The notes: generated from the letters alone by a model not told the origin. 64,000 bases of DNA from an uncultured Acidobacteriaceae bacterium (GCA_963705665.1 CAVPKQ010000050.1:3580-67579); one strand, 5' to 3'. Shown: positions 44,916 through 55,026, counted from the stretch's first letter. Translations and numbers: made by a program.

Positions 44916-46243
44916 ATGAGTCAATTCACGCGAAGAGGGTTTGTCGGATCCCTTTCGGGGCTAGCAGCCGCAACGGCGCTGGGCGCTCAGCAGGGGGGCG
45001 GCACGATGGGGTCTGAAAGGCGGCCGGGGAATGTATCGATCAAAATCACGGACCTCAGATGCGCGATCATCGGGCGCAACCCGGTAGTTCGCATTGTCAC
45101 CGATCAGGGCATTTCCGGATATGGTGAGGCCGAGTCTGCCAAGCCGTATCTCAAGCCGATGGTGCTTTTCTATAAACAGTATCTGGTGGGCGAGGACCCG
45201 ACTGACGTCGCGCGCATCATGCTCAAGATCCGCCGCATGGGCGCCTTTAAGCCCTGGGGCGCCGCGGTGAGCGCCATCGAAATCGCGCTCTGGGACGTCG
45301 CCGGGCAGGCAGCCGGATTGCCGGTATACAAGCTGCTCGGCGGAAAAATCCGCGACCGCGTCCGTCCCTACGGAAACTCCGAAAACAACTCTGAAATGCC
45401 GCTCCGCACGCCGCAGGATTACGCCGCGGTCGCGCAGCAGGTGAAGGAAGCGAAAGAGGGTTACACGCTGGTCAAGCTGCCCGTCGGCTTCCACAATGCG
45501 GCCATGATGAATGCCATCCCGGACGCATGGTACGGCAAGCGCTGGACGGGAGGACGGATGCCTCCTTACATGGATCGCGGGCCGATGACAGAAAGTGGCA
45601 TCGACCATGTCATCGCCTGCGTCGAAGCTACTAAGAAGGTCCTTGGCGATCAGGTCGGGCTGGCCTGCGACTGCGGGCCCGGCTGGGCGCCAAGGATGCC
45701 ATCCGCTTTGCCCGTGCCGTCGAGCCGTATCACCTCGCCTGGCTCGAAGACCTGATCACAGGCGACTACGAGCCTTACCCGAAGGCCCAGATCTTCAAGC
45801 AGGTGAAAGACAGCACGACAACTCCCATTCACACGGGAGAAGAGATCTACCTGCGAGAGAACTTCATGGAGCTGATCGAGACGCAGGCGGTCGATGTATT
45901 GGGGCCGGACCCGGAGGATGTGGGCGGAATGGCCGAATTGAAGTGGATCGCCGAATACGCCAATCTCCACGGCATCCTGGTGGCTCCGCACGGAATTTTC
46001 GACGGGCTGTTTGGAGTTGCCGCGCAAGTGCATATGGGGGCGGCCATGCCGCAGAATTATATCGCTTTCGAATATGCGAAGGGCCAGCCGGAGTGGTGGT
46101 ATGACATTGTGGAAGGCTTGCCGGATCCGATTGTCAAAAACGGCTTCATCGACGTTTGGGACAAGCCGGGTCTCGGCATCACCTTCAACGTCCGGGCAGC
46201 CAAAGCACACCTGTCGGAGGAGGATCGTACTTTCTTCGACTGA
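44916..46243 (+). pseudogene. Enolase-superfamily (mandelate racemase/muconate lactonizing, sugar-acid dehydratase-like) enzyme with a twin-arginine signal, frameshifted
   Basis: MSQFTRRGFVGSLSGLAAATALGA is a Tat motif. The MR/MLE N-domain reads IVTDQGISGYGEA...AVSAIEIALWDVAGQAAGLPVYKLLGG. Frame 0 ends ...GLACDCGPGW then APRMPS.... The family continues in the -1 frame as GAKDAIRFARAVEPYHLAWLED...IHTGEE...APHG. One G is missing from the GGG run at 45685-45687. Confidence 0.8.
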
Positions 46244-46336
46244 GGCCAGGATCCGAGGCTGTGGTGATCGGATACGCGAAATGGACTTCCGCTATGCCGG
46301 CTTGTCGTTATCCTCCGAGGCAAGCTGGCGCGGCAG

Positions 46337-46372
46337 CACCGCTCACCCCACCGCTCACCCCACCGCTCACCC
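46337..46372. repeat. 12-bp tandem repeat x3 (caccgctcaccc)
   Basis: Three perfect copies in the intergenic region upstream of the DUF4256 gene. Confidence 0.9.
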
Positions 46373-46404
46373 CATGGTCCGGCGCGATTTAAGAAGATAA
46401 AACT

Positions 46405-46971
46405 ATGTCCACTGTGACTCTTTCGAAGGTACAGCGTGAGCAACTACTCAGAGAGTTGAAGAGCCGCTTTGAGAAGAATATGAACCGTCACGAGGGTCTC
46501 GAGTGGGCCGAGTTGCAAGCAAGGCTTGCACAGAAGAGCCGGGCACTTTGGCCGCTTAGTGAAATGGAAAGAACCGGCGGTGAACCGGATGTTATAGGCA
46601 AGGATAAGGAGACGGGCGAATACGTCTTCTGTGATTGTTCGGCGGAGAGTCCTCCGGGCCGCAGAAACACTTGCTACGACCGTGAAGGCCAGGAGAAAAG
46701 GGAAAAGGAAGGTTTGCGTCCAGCCGGCAACGTCCTCGATATGGCAGCCGCCATGGGTATCGAGCCTCTAACAGAAGAGCAATACCGGGAGTTACAGAAG
46801 CTCGGAAGTTTCGATACGAAGACCCAGAGCTGGTTGAAAACGCCCGCTGATATCACAAGACTAGGTGGCGCCATCTTCGGCGACCGCCGCTTCGGGCATG
46901 TCTTTGTGTATCACAACACCGCCCCCTGCTTTTATCGCGGTAGAGGATTCCGTGGCTCTTTAAAAATCTAG
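46405..46971 (+). CDS. DUF4256 domain protein
   Basis: LKSRFEKNMNRHEGLEWAELQARL...LSEMERTGGEPDVIGKDKETGEYVFCDCSAESP...TKTQSWLKTP is recognised as the DUF4256 pattern. Confidence 0.7.
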   Translation: MSTVTLSKVQREQLLRELKSRFEKNMNRHEGLEWAELQARLAQKSRALWPLSEMERTGGEPDVIGKDKETGEYVFCDCSAESPPGRRNTCYDREGQEKREKEGLRPAGNVLDMAAAMGIEPLTEEQYRELQKLGSFDTKTQSWLKTPADITRLGGAIFGDRRFGHVFVYHNTAPCFYRGRGFRGSLKI

Positions 46972-47014
46972 TCCAGACTTGAAACATCGGCACTCTAATT
47001 GTTCCACGTTACTA

Positions 47015-47584
47015 TTACGGCAATGGCCTTGGCGTCCCATGCTTCCACTCGGGCGGATTGTATCCATTACGATTTGGCATTTTGACCTGCGGCAGACTCT
47101 GGGCGTCGAGTACCTCGTCCTCTGGGATGACACCGTTTTTATAGAGCAGAAACGCAGTCAAGGCGTATACCTCGTCGGGTTTTAGCGTGCCCTCCTGCGC
47201 GAAAGGCATGGCGCGGTTGATGTAATCCCATATGGTGGTCGCGTATGGCGCGTGAATCGCCATTACGTTTCCCGCTCTTATACAAGGCGCGAGACAAGGC
47301 GTAGAGCTGGTCGAAGTGCTCTGGCCTCTTATCAACATAGGAGCCATGCCTCCTGACCCTGTCGCCCCGTGGCATGCCGCACACTTCTGCGCAAAGATCT
47401 GTGCACCTTGCTTGGCGGTTCCGCTCCCGGGCGGGAGTCCCTTTCCCGTGGGACTGATAGAGATATCCCAGGCACGGATCTCTGCTGCGGTCGGAGTCTT
47501 TCCCAAACCATAGGTGGGGGACTGCGCCCATCCGGTCTGGCAGAGCCCCAGAATCGTCACAGACAGGAGAAGCCTAAATCGCAT
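47015..47584 (-). CDS. Monoheme c-type cytochrome (SorB-like electron acceptor subunit)
   Basis: Signal peptide MRFRLLLSVTILGLCQTGWAQ, heme motif CAACHG, and YINRAMPF...EVYALTAFLLYKNG. It overlaps the upstream molybdoenzyme gene by 11 nt. Confidence 0.8.
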   Translation of the reverse strand: MRFRLLLSVTILGLCQTGWAQSPTYGLGKTPTAAEIRAWDISISPTGKGLPPGSGTAKQGAQIFAQKCAACHGATGSGGMAPMLIRGQSTSTSSTPCLAPCIRAGNVMAIHAPYATTIWDYINRAMPFAQEGTLKPDEVYALTAFLLYKNGVIPEDEVLDAQSLPQVKMPNRNGYNPPEWKHGTPRPLP

Positions 47585-48821
47585 TGTGGACGCTCCCATC
47601 GCCGGCCACTCTCCACGGTTGAATGGTATTGTCCGAACCCTGCACACCGTGTGTTTTGTAATAGTCTGGGGAAACATTAAAGAATTTGGCTAGTTGGGCC
47701 CGTGTCGGTTGAACCTGGCCCAGTTCATCCGTGCATCGCGACTGGAGCACACACTCTTGTCCCTCCCACTTCCACTCCATACCAAAGCGCGTGTGCGCCA
47801 TGCGATGGACCGCCCCCTGAATCTGGGCATCTTTCCAGGTCTGGCCGCCGTCGGCGGATACCTCCACTTTGCGAACGGCGCCCCCACCGGACCAAGCCAA
47901 GCCACTGATCTGGTAGAATCCAGGACCGGACAGCTGCTGTCCCCCGGAAGGAAAAATGATGACCGATTTCGGTCCCCATTGGAACGTCAACGCGGCGACT
48001 TTAGGATCCTTCGAGATGTGCCCGTAGTCGTTATAGGTCATATAGTACCGGTCCACCACTTTGATTCGCCTCAGCCACTTGGTGTTATAGATACCTTCAA
48101 AGCCGGGGACTACCAGCCGCAGCGGGAAACCCTGCTGAGGACGCACAGCCTCGCCATTTTGGCCGTAGCACACCAGACAGTCGTCCATAGCCTTGGCTAG
48201 CGGAATGCTCCCCGCTCCTTTAACCTCTTCGGATCCTTCCGAGACTACCCAAGCCGCCCCCTTTTGCACGCCGACCGCATTGAGCAACACCGACAGGGGC
48301 ACTCCGGTCCACTCGCTGCAACTGGTCAGCCCGTGGGTTTCCTGAACTGTCTTATATTCGGGTCTCGAATGGTTTCCCAGGCACTCGATAAAATGAACGC
48401 GAGATACGGAAGGAAAGCGCTTCAAGTCTTCCATGGTGAACTCCAGTGGCCGGTCCACCATGCCATGGATCATGAGACGATGCTCCCGGGGATCGATGTC
48501 CGGGACAATCGATCCCCGGTGAGTACCCACAAAATGGAGCGCGGATGGCGTGATAATCCCCACCGAATCCTGGATTGGACTCGACACGTGAAACGTCATG
48601 CCGAAGGCATCGGGCGAAGGTCTTTCGGCCACCGGTACGCGTATCGAGGTCACGAAGCGGGAACGCTCGCCATAGGCGACCAAGTCTTTAAGCTGTTTTT
48701 CGGAGTGCGCATCAGATGCCGATGCCTGACCGCTTGCCGGCTGCATCGCAGTTGCGGCCAACCCAGCCACGGCGGCGCTGCCCGCTAGGAATTTCCTTCG
48801 ACTAGTTCTTTTCGAGTCCAT
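47574..48821 (-). CDS. Sulfite-oxidase-family molybdopterin oxidoreductase (SorA-like) with a Tat signal
   Basis: An AGGGAGA RBS precedes MDSKRTSRRKFLAGSAAVAGLAATAMQPASG (twin-arginine). The Moco-binding region contains the FIECLGN Cys, and there is a C-terminal dimerisation domain. Confidence 0.88.
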   Translation of the reverse strand: MDSKRTSRRKFLAGSAAVAGLAATAMQPASGQASASDAHSEKQLKDLVAYGERSRFVTSIRVPVAERPSPDAFGMTFHVSSPIQDSVGIITPSALHFVGTHRGSIVPDIDPREHRLMIHGMVDRPLEFTMEDLKRFPSVSRVHFIECLGNHSRPEYKTVQETHGLTSCSEWTGVPLSVLLNAVGVQKGAAWVVSEGSEEVKGAGSIPLAKAMDDCLVCYGQNGEAVRPQQGFPLRLVVPGFEGIYNTKWLRRIKVVDRYYMTYNDYGHISKDPKVAALTFQWGPKSVIIFPSGGQQLSGPGFYQISGLAWSGGGAVRKVEVSADGGQTWKDAQIQGAVHRMAHTRFGMEWKWEGQECVLQSRCTDELGQVQPTRAQLAKFFNVSPDYYKTHGVQGSDNTIQPWRVAGDGSVHNAI

Positions 48822-49021
48822 GGGTTTCTCCCTTTCAGCTTTCTTCCACTTCCTGCCAGCGCACGCTTTTGCTGTCGCGAAACATACGCCAGTCTGCCTG
48901 AGCAAGTCAAGTTTAGAAGCCGTCACACAACTAACTTGAAATGCATTCTGATAGTATGCCGTGCCATGCTTAAAGAATATCGATCTCGATACGACACGAA
49001 AGTCCGGGTAACGGTGGGTCT

Positions 49022-50509
49022 TTACGTCGTGCGTGATGATCCAGGAAGCAGCACTAGTTCTGCCGCCACTGACTGAAACGCTTCCAGCGCAGCCTGTAGA
49101 TTCTCGACGATCTCGGCGGCGATCACATCAGGAGACGGAAGGCTGTCGATGTCATCGAGGCTATCGTCTTTCAGCCAGGTGATGTCCATATTCAGCTTGT
49201 CGCGCTTCAGCAGGTCATCGACCGCGAATCGCTTGAAACGCTCGGCCTTGTCTTCTTTCCGCTTGCTGCGATCTGCGGTCGAATAGCACTTCACGAAGTC
49301 GTCGAGGTCTGAGGACTTGAGCGTGTTCTTCCGCAGCGTGAAATGCATGTTCGTGCGGAAGTCATAAATCCAGACCGCTTTCGAGTTGGGTTTTCCATCG
49401 GCACGGGGCGCGTGTTTGTCGAAGAACAGTACATTCGCCTTCACGCCGGGTTTGTAGAAGATGCCAGTAGGCAACCGCATCATCGTGTGGAAGTCGAACT
49501 GCTTTAGCAGGCGCTCGCGGATTCCCTCACCGGCGCTGCCCGCCTCAAAAAGCACATTGTCCGGGAGCACGACGCCGGCGCGGCCGCCCGTCTCCATGAT
49601 GGTCATGATGTGCTGCAGGAAGTTGAGCTGCTTGTTCGACGTGGTGAACTTGAAATCCTGGCGCTCGTAATCCTCGCGCTCCGTATCGATCTCGCCGTCA
49701 TCGCCAACCACGCGATAGCTCGACTTCTTGCCAAAGGGCGGATTGGTCAGGATCACGTTGTAGCGGCCGCCAGGATCGGTTGCCAAGGCATCGCCCTGGC
49801 TGATGGGGCTCTCGCCGTTGCCGATGCCGTGTAGGTAGAGGTTCATCCCGCACAGGCGTACCACCTCGTCCACAATGTCCACGCCGGTCAGGGACTTTTC
49901 GCGCAGTTTTCTCTGCAAGCTGCGATCCTGTGACTGGCCCTTCATGTGGTCATAAGCAGCGAGCAGGAACCCGCCCGTGCCGCAGGATGGATCGTGGACT
50001 GTCTCACCGATCTTTGGGTTGACCACTTTGACCATTGCTTGAATTAGAGGGCGCGGCGTGAAGTACTGGCCTGCGCCAGACTTCACTTCGGCGGCGTTCC
50101 TTTCGAGCAAGCCCTCGTAGATCGCGCCTTTCACGTCTACGCCGATGCCGATCCATGTCTCATCGTGGATGAGCGAGACGATGCGCTTCAGCTTGGCCGG
50201 GTCGGTCAGCTTGTTCTGCGCCTTGCGGAAGATGGTGCCGATCAGGCCTTTTTCATGAGCGAGATTCTCGAGCGTGTGCCGGTACTGGAGTTCGAGCGGG
50301 TCGCCAGAGAGCGGAGCGAGCTTCTCCCAGCGCCATTTGGCCGGAATGATCGACGGTTCGCCCAGAAGCTCGGAGCGCTCCTGGTCCATCTTCAGGAAGA
50401 GCAGAAAAGTGATCTGCTCCACGTAATCACCGTAGCTGATGCCCTGATCGCGCAGCACGTGCGCATAGTTCCAAACCTTCTGGACGAGATTGTTCGATTC
50501 GTTGCTCAT
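49022..50509 (-). CDS. hsdM: Type I restriction-modification system DNA methyltransferase subunit
   Basis: HsdM N-terminal domain (VWNYAHVLRDQGISYGDYVEQITFLLFLKM), SAM motif DPSCGTGGFL, and catalytic motif LTNPPFG. Confidence 0.93.
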   Translation of the reverse strand: MSNESNNLVQKVWNYAHVLRDQGISYGDYVEQITFLLFLKMDQERSELLGEPSIIPAKWRWEKLAPLSGDPLELQYRHTLENLAHEKGLIGTIFRKAQNKLTDPAKLKRIVSLIHDETWIGIGVDVKGAIYEGLLERNAAEVKSGAGQYFTPRPLIQAMVKVVNPKIGETVHDPSCGTGGFLLAAYDHMKGQSQDRSLQRKLREKSLTGVDIVDEVVRLCGMNLYLHGIGNGESPISQGDALATDPGGRYNVILTNPPFGKKSSYRVVGDDGEIDTEREDYERQDFKFTTSNKQLNFLQHIMTIMETGGRAGVVLPDNVLFEAGSAGEGIRERLLKQFDFHTMMRLPTGIFYKPGVKANVLFFDKHAPRADGKPNSKAVWIYDFRTNMHFTLRKNTLKSSDLDDFVKCYSTADRSKRKEDKAERFKRFAVDDLLKRDKLNMDITWLKDDSLDDIDSLPSPDVIAAEIVENLQAALEAFQSVAAELVLLPGSSRTT

Positions 50510-52276
50510 GATGTGACTTTCTTTCTGCGGCCTTTGGCGGGAGCAGTGTGTTTCAGAGTCTTTGCGCGCTCAGCGGCGATGCGTCCGAGGAGGACCGAGG
50601 CGGGTTCGTCAGTCGGGTCCTGGAGAACAAGCTCACCGGAAAATGCCGCGCTCAAGATTTCTAGTTTAAGTCCGTGAGTTCGCTTTGACTCGCGAGCAGC
50701 GCCATCCTCCAGTACTTTCGTCTGCATCTCGATAGAAGCCATTTCCTCAACGATCCTCGTTTGTTCGTCGAACGGTGCCAAGGGTATGGCATGATGGGAG
50801 AGTTTCCCGGCACTGAGATGGTTAATTCCTACGCCGCTAGCAAGTACTTTGAACCAGCCAAGCTCTTGCGATGCTTTGAAACAACGGCTCCAACATGAGG
50901 ACCAACGGATAGCGCTTCTGGCCACTCAATCGCTTTTTCAAGACATAGGTTGCAACCGTCCACATCTGTGAAATCGGCACCATGGTTTTATCGCAAGATG
51001 CACATCCCGGACGATCCTCTCTATTACGAGAAGTTCTATTTCACGCCCGGCGACCTGGGCTTTCGCGCCTTCGACACGCAGGCCGGGCGCATCGGCGCAT
51101 CAAGAATAGGTATTCACTTGAAATCACGCATGGTTGGACTCTGATAACGGTGTTCTGAAAACAATACAAACCTTCTACTTTTGGCCACACCACCGGGCGG
51201 CCGACATGTCTGGGGCTTCCGGAAGCCTCTGTTAGCAATACATCTCCTGCATGAAGTCGAAAAGTGAGTTTCTCTACCTCGTCGAAATCCATCTGGTACA
51301 CGTTATTAAAATCAATTCCTGCCAATGTGATATTCGCGGCACGAATGTACTTCTGTGGAGAGATTCCCTTCTGCTTTTCTGGGGATCGTTGGCGCCCTAA
51401 TTGGACCAATCCGACTTGTTCGACTGATACCCACACCCATCCTTCCGGGAGTACGGGGAGGTTGGTGGTATCGGGGGTGACGGGCTCTTTGTATTTCTTC
51501 TTCCAGAGGTCGTTGGTGGGCTTTTGGCCCTTGGCCTTCATTTTGGCGAGCTCGGATTTTTCCCAGGCTTCGCAGCGGGTTTTGAGGATGCGTGAGAGCA
51601 GGGCTTCGCCGGATTCCAGCTTGCTTTTGTGCTTCTCGCGCCACTCCCGCGTGAGTTCGCCGGTCACAGCCGCCTTGAGCACCGACTGACGGTACCGCTC
51701 CACCAGTTTCTGCACCCACTCCAGCGCCCGCTCGCCCTCATCAATCCTGCTCAAGAACTCGGCAATCTTGGAGACTATGCGATCTTGCTCTGTCGTGGGT
51801 GCCAACTGAACCTCATATGCGTCGAGTCTGTCGAAATCTACGCTACTAACCGTTGTTCCATCTTTCGAGCACGTATGAAGAATTTCTCGTCCACGGGATT
51901 GCAGGAAATACGCAATATAGAGCGGGTTGATGCCTCCGGCCGGAGTCCAGGCCTTTAGATCCTGGTTGACAGCGACTCGAATGGTGTTCACTGCAACTGG
52001 AAATGTGTGCTGCAGAATGCCGGAGCGGGTAACCATCAGAACCGAACGCTCCGGGATTAGACTCGTTGATGAATTCGTAACTGCCTCTTCGGTTATCTGG
52101 TCTTGTGCAGAATCAATAATCAAGCGCTTCATGTCCTTTGGCGAGACCCAATGGACGGTTCCATTTTGCCAATAACGTGGCTCTGATTTAGCTGGGGTTC
52201 CTCCGCCTCTCCATGTGCCGATCTTTCCGAGTGAAGATGCAGACCAACCCTTGGGCATACTTGTGATTTCCTTCAC
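50506..52276 (-). pseudogene. hsdS: Type I R-M specificity subunit, disrupted by a foreign insert plus a frameshift
   Basis: The GTG overlaps the hsdR stop (GTGA). TRD1, the central helix (EQDRIVSKIAEFLSRIDEGERALEWVQKLVERYRQSVLKAAVTGELT) and TRD2 are intact down to ...SSEYLFLM at ~51101. A non-hsdS insert follows. The tail (50506-~50960) reads ...RYPLVLMLEPLF / FKASQELGWFKVLASGVGINHLSAGKLSHHAIPLAPFDEQTRIVEEM and needs a 1-nt correction at 50879-50881. Its TGA overlaps the hsdM ATG. Confidence 0.8.
50986..51100 (+). pseudogene. ~115-nt fragment of a carbon-nitrogen hydrolase (N-carbamoylputrescine amidase-like) gene embedded in hsdS
   Basis: It translates as FYRKMHIPDDPLYYEKFYFTPGDLGFRAFDTQAGRIGA, a highly conserved internal block of that family. 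The flanks have no family similarity. Confidence 0.6.
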
Positions 52277-55026
52277 GCTGCCAACGCCTCGCAGAGTTCA
52301 TCCAGCATTCGATTCAGCTCGGTGCCGAAAAGCCTGCGCGCAGCGACAACCCCACCCCACTCACTAAAGGGCTGGTCCCGCATGAGATCCGCCGACGCGA
52401 TCTCGACATTTGCGGCGAGGTAATCCTTGATGGCTTTGAGCCAGTTCATCTGTTCCTCATTGAACGTGCGGCCTGCCTTGAACTGGCGGCCGATCCAAAG
52501 ATTGAAGCGCTGCTCCACACGAGCGGCATAGGGCTCCAGGGTGTCAGTCTGTCCCGTGGCAAAGCGAACTAGAGAGATGATATCGGTTAGCACCTTGTCG
52601 CTGGGCGCTCCGCGGACGAGCGAGGATTCAAGCCGCTTATAAGCCTGCCAGACATCGGCCGTGGTCAGGTGATAGGGCGGGTCGGTGAGCCGCTGCGCCA
52701 ACTCGCGAATGCTGGCATATGTTAGGCGGCGTTTTGGATAGGGCTGCCTATAGAGAATTTGCAGAGACAGCAGTTCGTTCTTGTGCGTCTCGATGAACTC
52801 GCGGAAGCTGGTCGTGCGCTGTTCGGCCTGGCGCAGGTCATAGCCGGCGCTCGTGACCTGATCCACCGTCCCTTCGTCGATGACGATATCCGACTTCTTC
52901 TTGATGACCTTGAGCAGGTTACGGAGGTTGGCATCGTCAAGGGGACCGCAGGCGCGATCCTTCAGCTCTTCCTCGACTGCATGGATCTCCGCTTCTGTGG
53001 CTGTTTCAGGATCGCCATGACGGCGGGCAATCTCAGCATTGATCACGTCGGGACTGATGGATTCAAGCAGGTTTTGCGCGAGCGTTTTGAGTGTCTGCCC
53101 GGGTGCAGTTTCGCTGATGCGCTGGCGGTCCTCATCCTCCACCTTGCGATCGAGAGCCGCAAGACGGCCGGCCAGGCTGGAGATGGCGTCGAAGTCCCTG
53201 CGGCCCTGCGCGATCTGGTCAATCAACTGATCGAAGGAGGCGCCGCGCTTGCGCTCGAGCGGCTGCGAGATGGTCTTTTTGCCCTCCGTGACGCCGACTG
53301 CGTCGACTAACACGAAGCGCGTCTTGGTCGGTGCGTCGGGCGTTACTTGCCTGAGGTCGGCATCTTTCAAGGTGCGCACCCCGCGACCCTTCATCTGCTC
53401 GTAGTAGCCCTCGGATTTCACGTCGCGCATGAAGATGAGGCACTCGACAGGCTTGATGTCCGTGCCGGTGGCGATCATGTCCACGGTAACGGCGATGCGC
53501 GGGAACGGATCGACGCGGAAGGCGGCAATCAGCTCCTTGGGCTTCTCGTTGGTCTGATAGGTGATCTTCTTGGCGAAGTCGTTGCCCTGGCCGAAGACCT
53601 CGCGCACGGCATGGACGATCTCTTCGGCATGGTTATCGTCTTTGGCAAAGATGAGTGTCTTGGGCACCCATTCCCCCGTGCGGTCCGGAAAGAGCTCGGT
53701 AAAAAGCTTGTCTCTGAAGCATCGCAGGACGGCGCGGATCTGGTTGGGGACGGTGACGTCGTTATCGAGCTGCCTTTGGTTGTAGGGCAGGTCGCTGTCG
53801 AGCTGCCTATAGCGGATGGCGCGGGTGCGGCGGTCGCGCACGGGGACCTGATACTCGGAATCGACGACCCCACCCTGTTCCGTGACGCGAGTCCTGATCC
53901 GGTAGACTTCAAATCCAACGTTGACTCCATCGACGATCGACTGCTCGTAGGGATACTCGGCGACAAGGTTCTGATGGAAAAAACCGAGGGTGTGCATGGA
54001 GGGGGTAGCGGTGAGGCCGATCAGGTGCGCGTCAAAATATTCCAGCACCTGGCGCCAGAGGCCATAGATGGAACGGTGGCACTCGTCGGTGACGATGAAG
54101 TCGAAGGTCTCGATGGGAATGGCCGGATTGTAGGAGATGGGGGGAATTTCGCCCTCGTCGTTGGCCCATGTCTCAAACGCAGAAGTCTCTTCCGCGGATT
54201 CGTCCAGTTCTTCTCCGCGCAGCATGGCGTAGAGTCGCTGGATTGTAGTGATGAGGACTTTGGCATCAGGGTCAATCCGGTTGGAGTGCAGATGCTGCAC
54301 GATGTAGGTCTTGTCGAACTTGCGGCCTGAGCCGGGCGGATCGTAGTTCTGGTACTCCTTAAGCGTCTGATCGCCGAGATTGTTGCGGTCGACCAGGAAG
54401 AGAATGCGACGTGCTCCGGAGAACTTAAGAAGCCTCCAGCTGAAGGTGCAGGCGGTGAAGGTCTTGCCGGCTCCGGTGGCCATCTGGATGAGCGCACGGG
54501 GCTGATCCTTTACGAGTGATGCCTCCAATCCACGAACGGCATCGATCTGGCAGTCGCGGAGGCCGGTCGTATCAAGCGGCGGCATCTGCTGCAGACGGCC
54601 ACGCAAGGTGTCGACCTCTTTGAGCCATGCATGAAGTGTCTTCGGCTGATGGAAGGCGAAGACGCGGCGCGAGCGGGACTGCGGATCGCGAGTGTCGCGG
54701 AAGAACGTCTCTTCTCCTGTGGATTCGTAATGGAAGATGAGACGATCGGCCCAACGGGCGAGGTGTCGAGGCAGTTCTTGCATGTACTTGGCTGATTGCT
54801 CAGCAACACCGCTCAGCGTGACCCCAGCCTTCTTTGCCTCAATGACGCCGGCCGCCTTCCCGCCCACGAAGAGCAGGTAATCACAGGGACCGTTGGGGAG
54901 CGAAAACTCACGGACGGCAACGCCTTCACCGGCGTTGCGATTGAATTCTGCGTTGTTCTGCAGGACCCAGCCGGCAGCTTCGAGCAGGGCGTCGATCTGT
55001 TGTCGTGCAAGTTCTTCAGGGGTCAT
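52273..55026 (-). CDS. hsdR: Type I restriction enzyme endonuclease/helicase subunit (EcoEI-like C-terminal domain)
   Basis: N-terminal nuclease region (ARQQIDALLEAAGWVLQ), helicase motifs MATGAGKT, VTDECHRS and GLTATP, and a long helical C-terminal domain. 917 aa, uninterrupted. Confidence 0.93.
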   Translation of the reverse strand: MTPEELARQQIDALLEAAGWVLQNNAEFNRNAGEGVAVREFSLPNGPCDYLLFVGGKAAGVIEAKKAGVTLSGVAEQSAKYMQELPRHLARWADRLIFHYESTGEETFFRDTRDPQSRSRRVFAFHQPKTLHAWLKEVDTLRGRLQQMPPLDTTGLRDCQIDAVRGLEASLVKDQPRALIQMATGAGKTFTACTFSWRLLKFSGARRILFLVDRNNLGDQTLKEYQNYDPPGSGRKFDKTYIVQHLHSNRIDPDAKVLITTIQRLYAMLRGEELDESAEETSAFETWANDEGEIPPISYNPAIPIETFDFIVTDECHRSIYGLWRQVLEYFDAHLIGLTATPSMHTLGFFHQNLVAEYPYEQSIVDGVNVGFEVYRIRTRVTEQGGVVDSEYQVPVRDRRTRAIRYRQLDSDLPYNQRQLDNDVTVPNQIRAVLRCFRDKLFTELFPDRTGEWVPKTLIFAKDDNHAEEIVHAVREVFGQGNDFAKKITYQTNEKPKELIAAFRVDPFPRIAVTVDMIATGTDIKPVECLIFMRDVKSEGYYEQMKGRGVRTLKDADLRQVTPDAPTKTRFVLVDAVGVTEGKKTISQPLERKRGASFDQLIDQIAQGRRDFDAISSLAGRLAALDRKVEDEDRQRISETAPGQTLKTLAQNLLESISPDVINAEIARRHGDPETATEAEIHAVEEELKDRACGPLDDANLRNLLKVIKKKSDIVIDEGTVDQVTSAGYDLRQAEQRTTSFREFIETHKNELLSLQILYRQPYPKRRLTYASIRELAQRLTDPPYHLTTADVWQAYKRLESSLVRGAPSDKVLTDIISLVRFATGQTDTLEPYAARVEQRFNLWIGRQFKAGRTFNEEQMNWLKAIKDYLAANVEIASADLMRDQPFSEWGGVVAARRLFGTELNRMLDELCEALAA

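Noticed and set aside
50950-51144. 64-aa plus-strand ORF inside the hsdS region as a genuine small gene.
   Set aside because: Only its middle (~38 aa) resembles a carbon-nitrogen hydrolase. It covers a small internal part of a ~290-aa fold, and its ends are antisense hsdS sequence. It is a gene fragment, not a gene.
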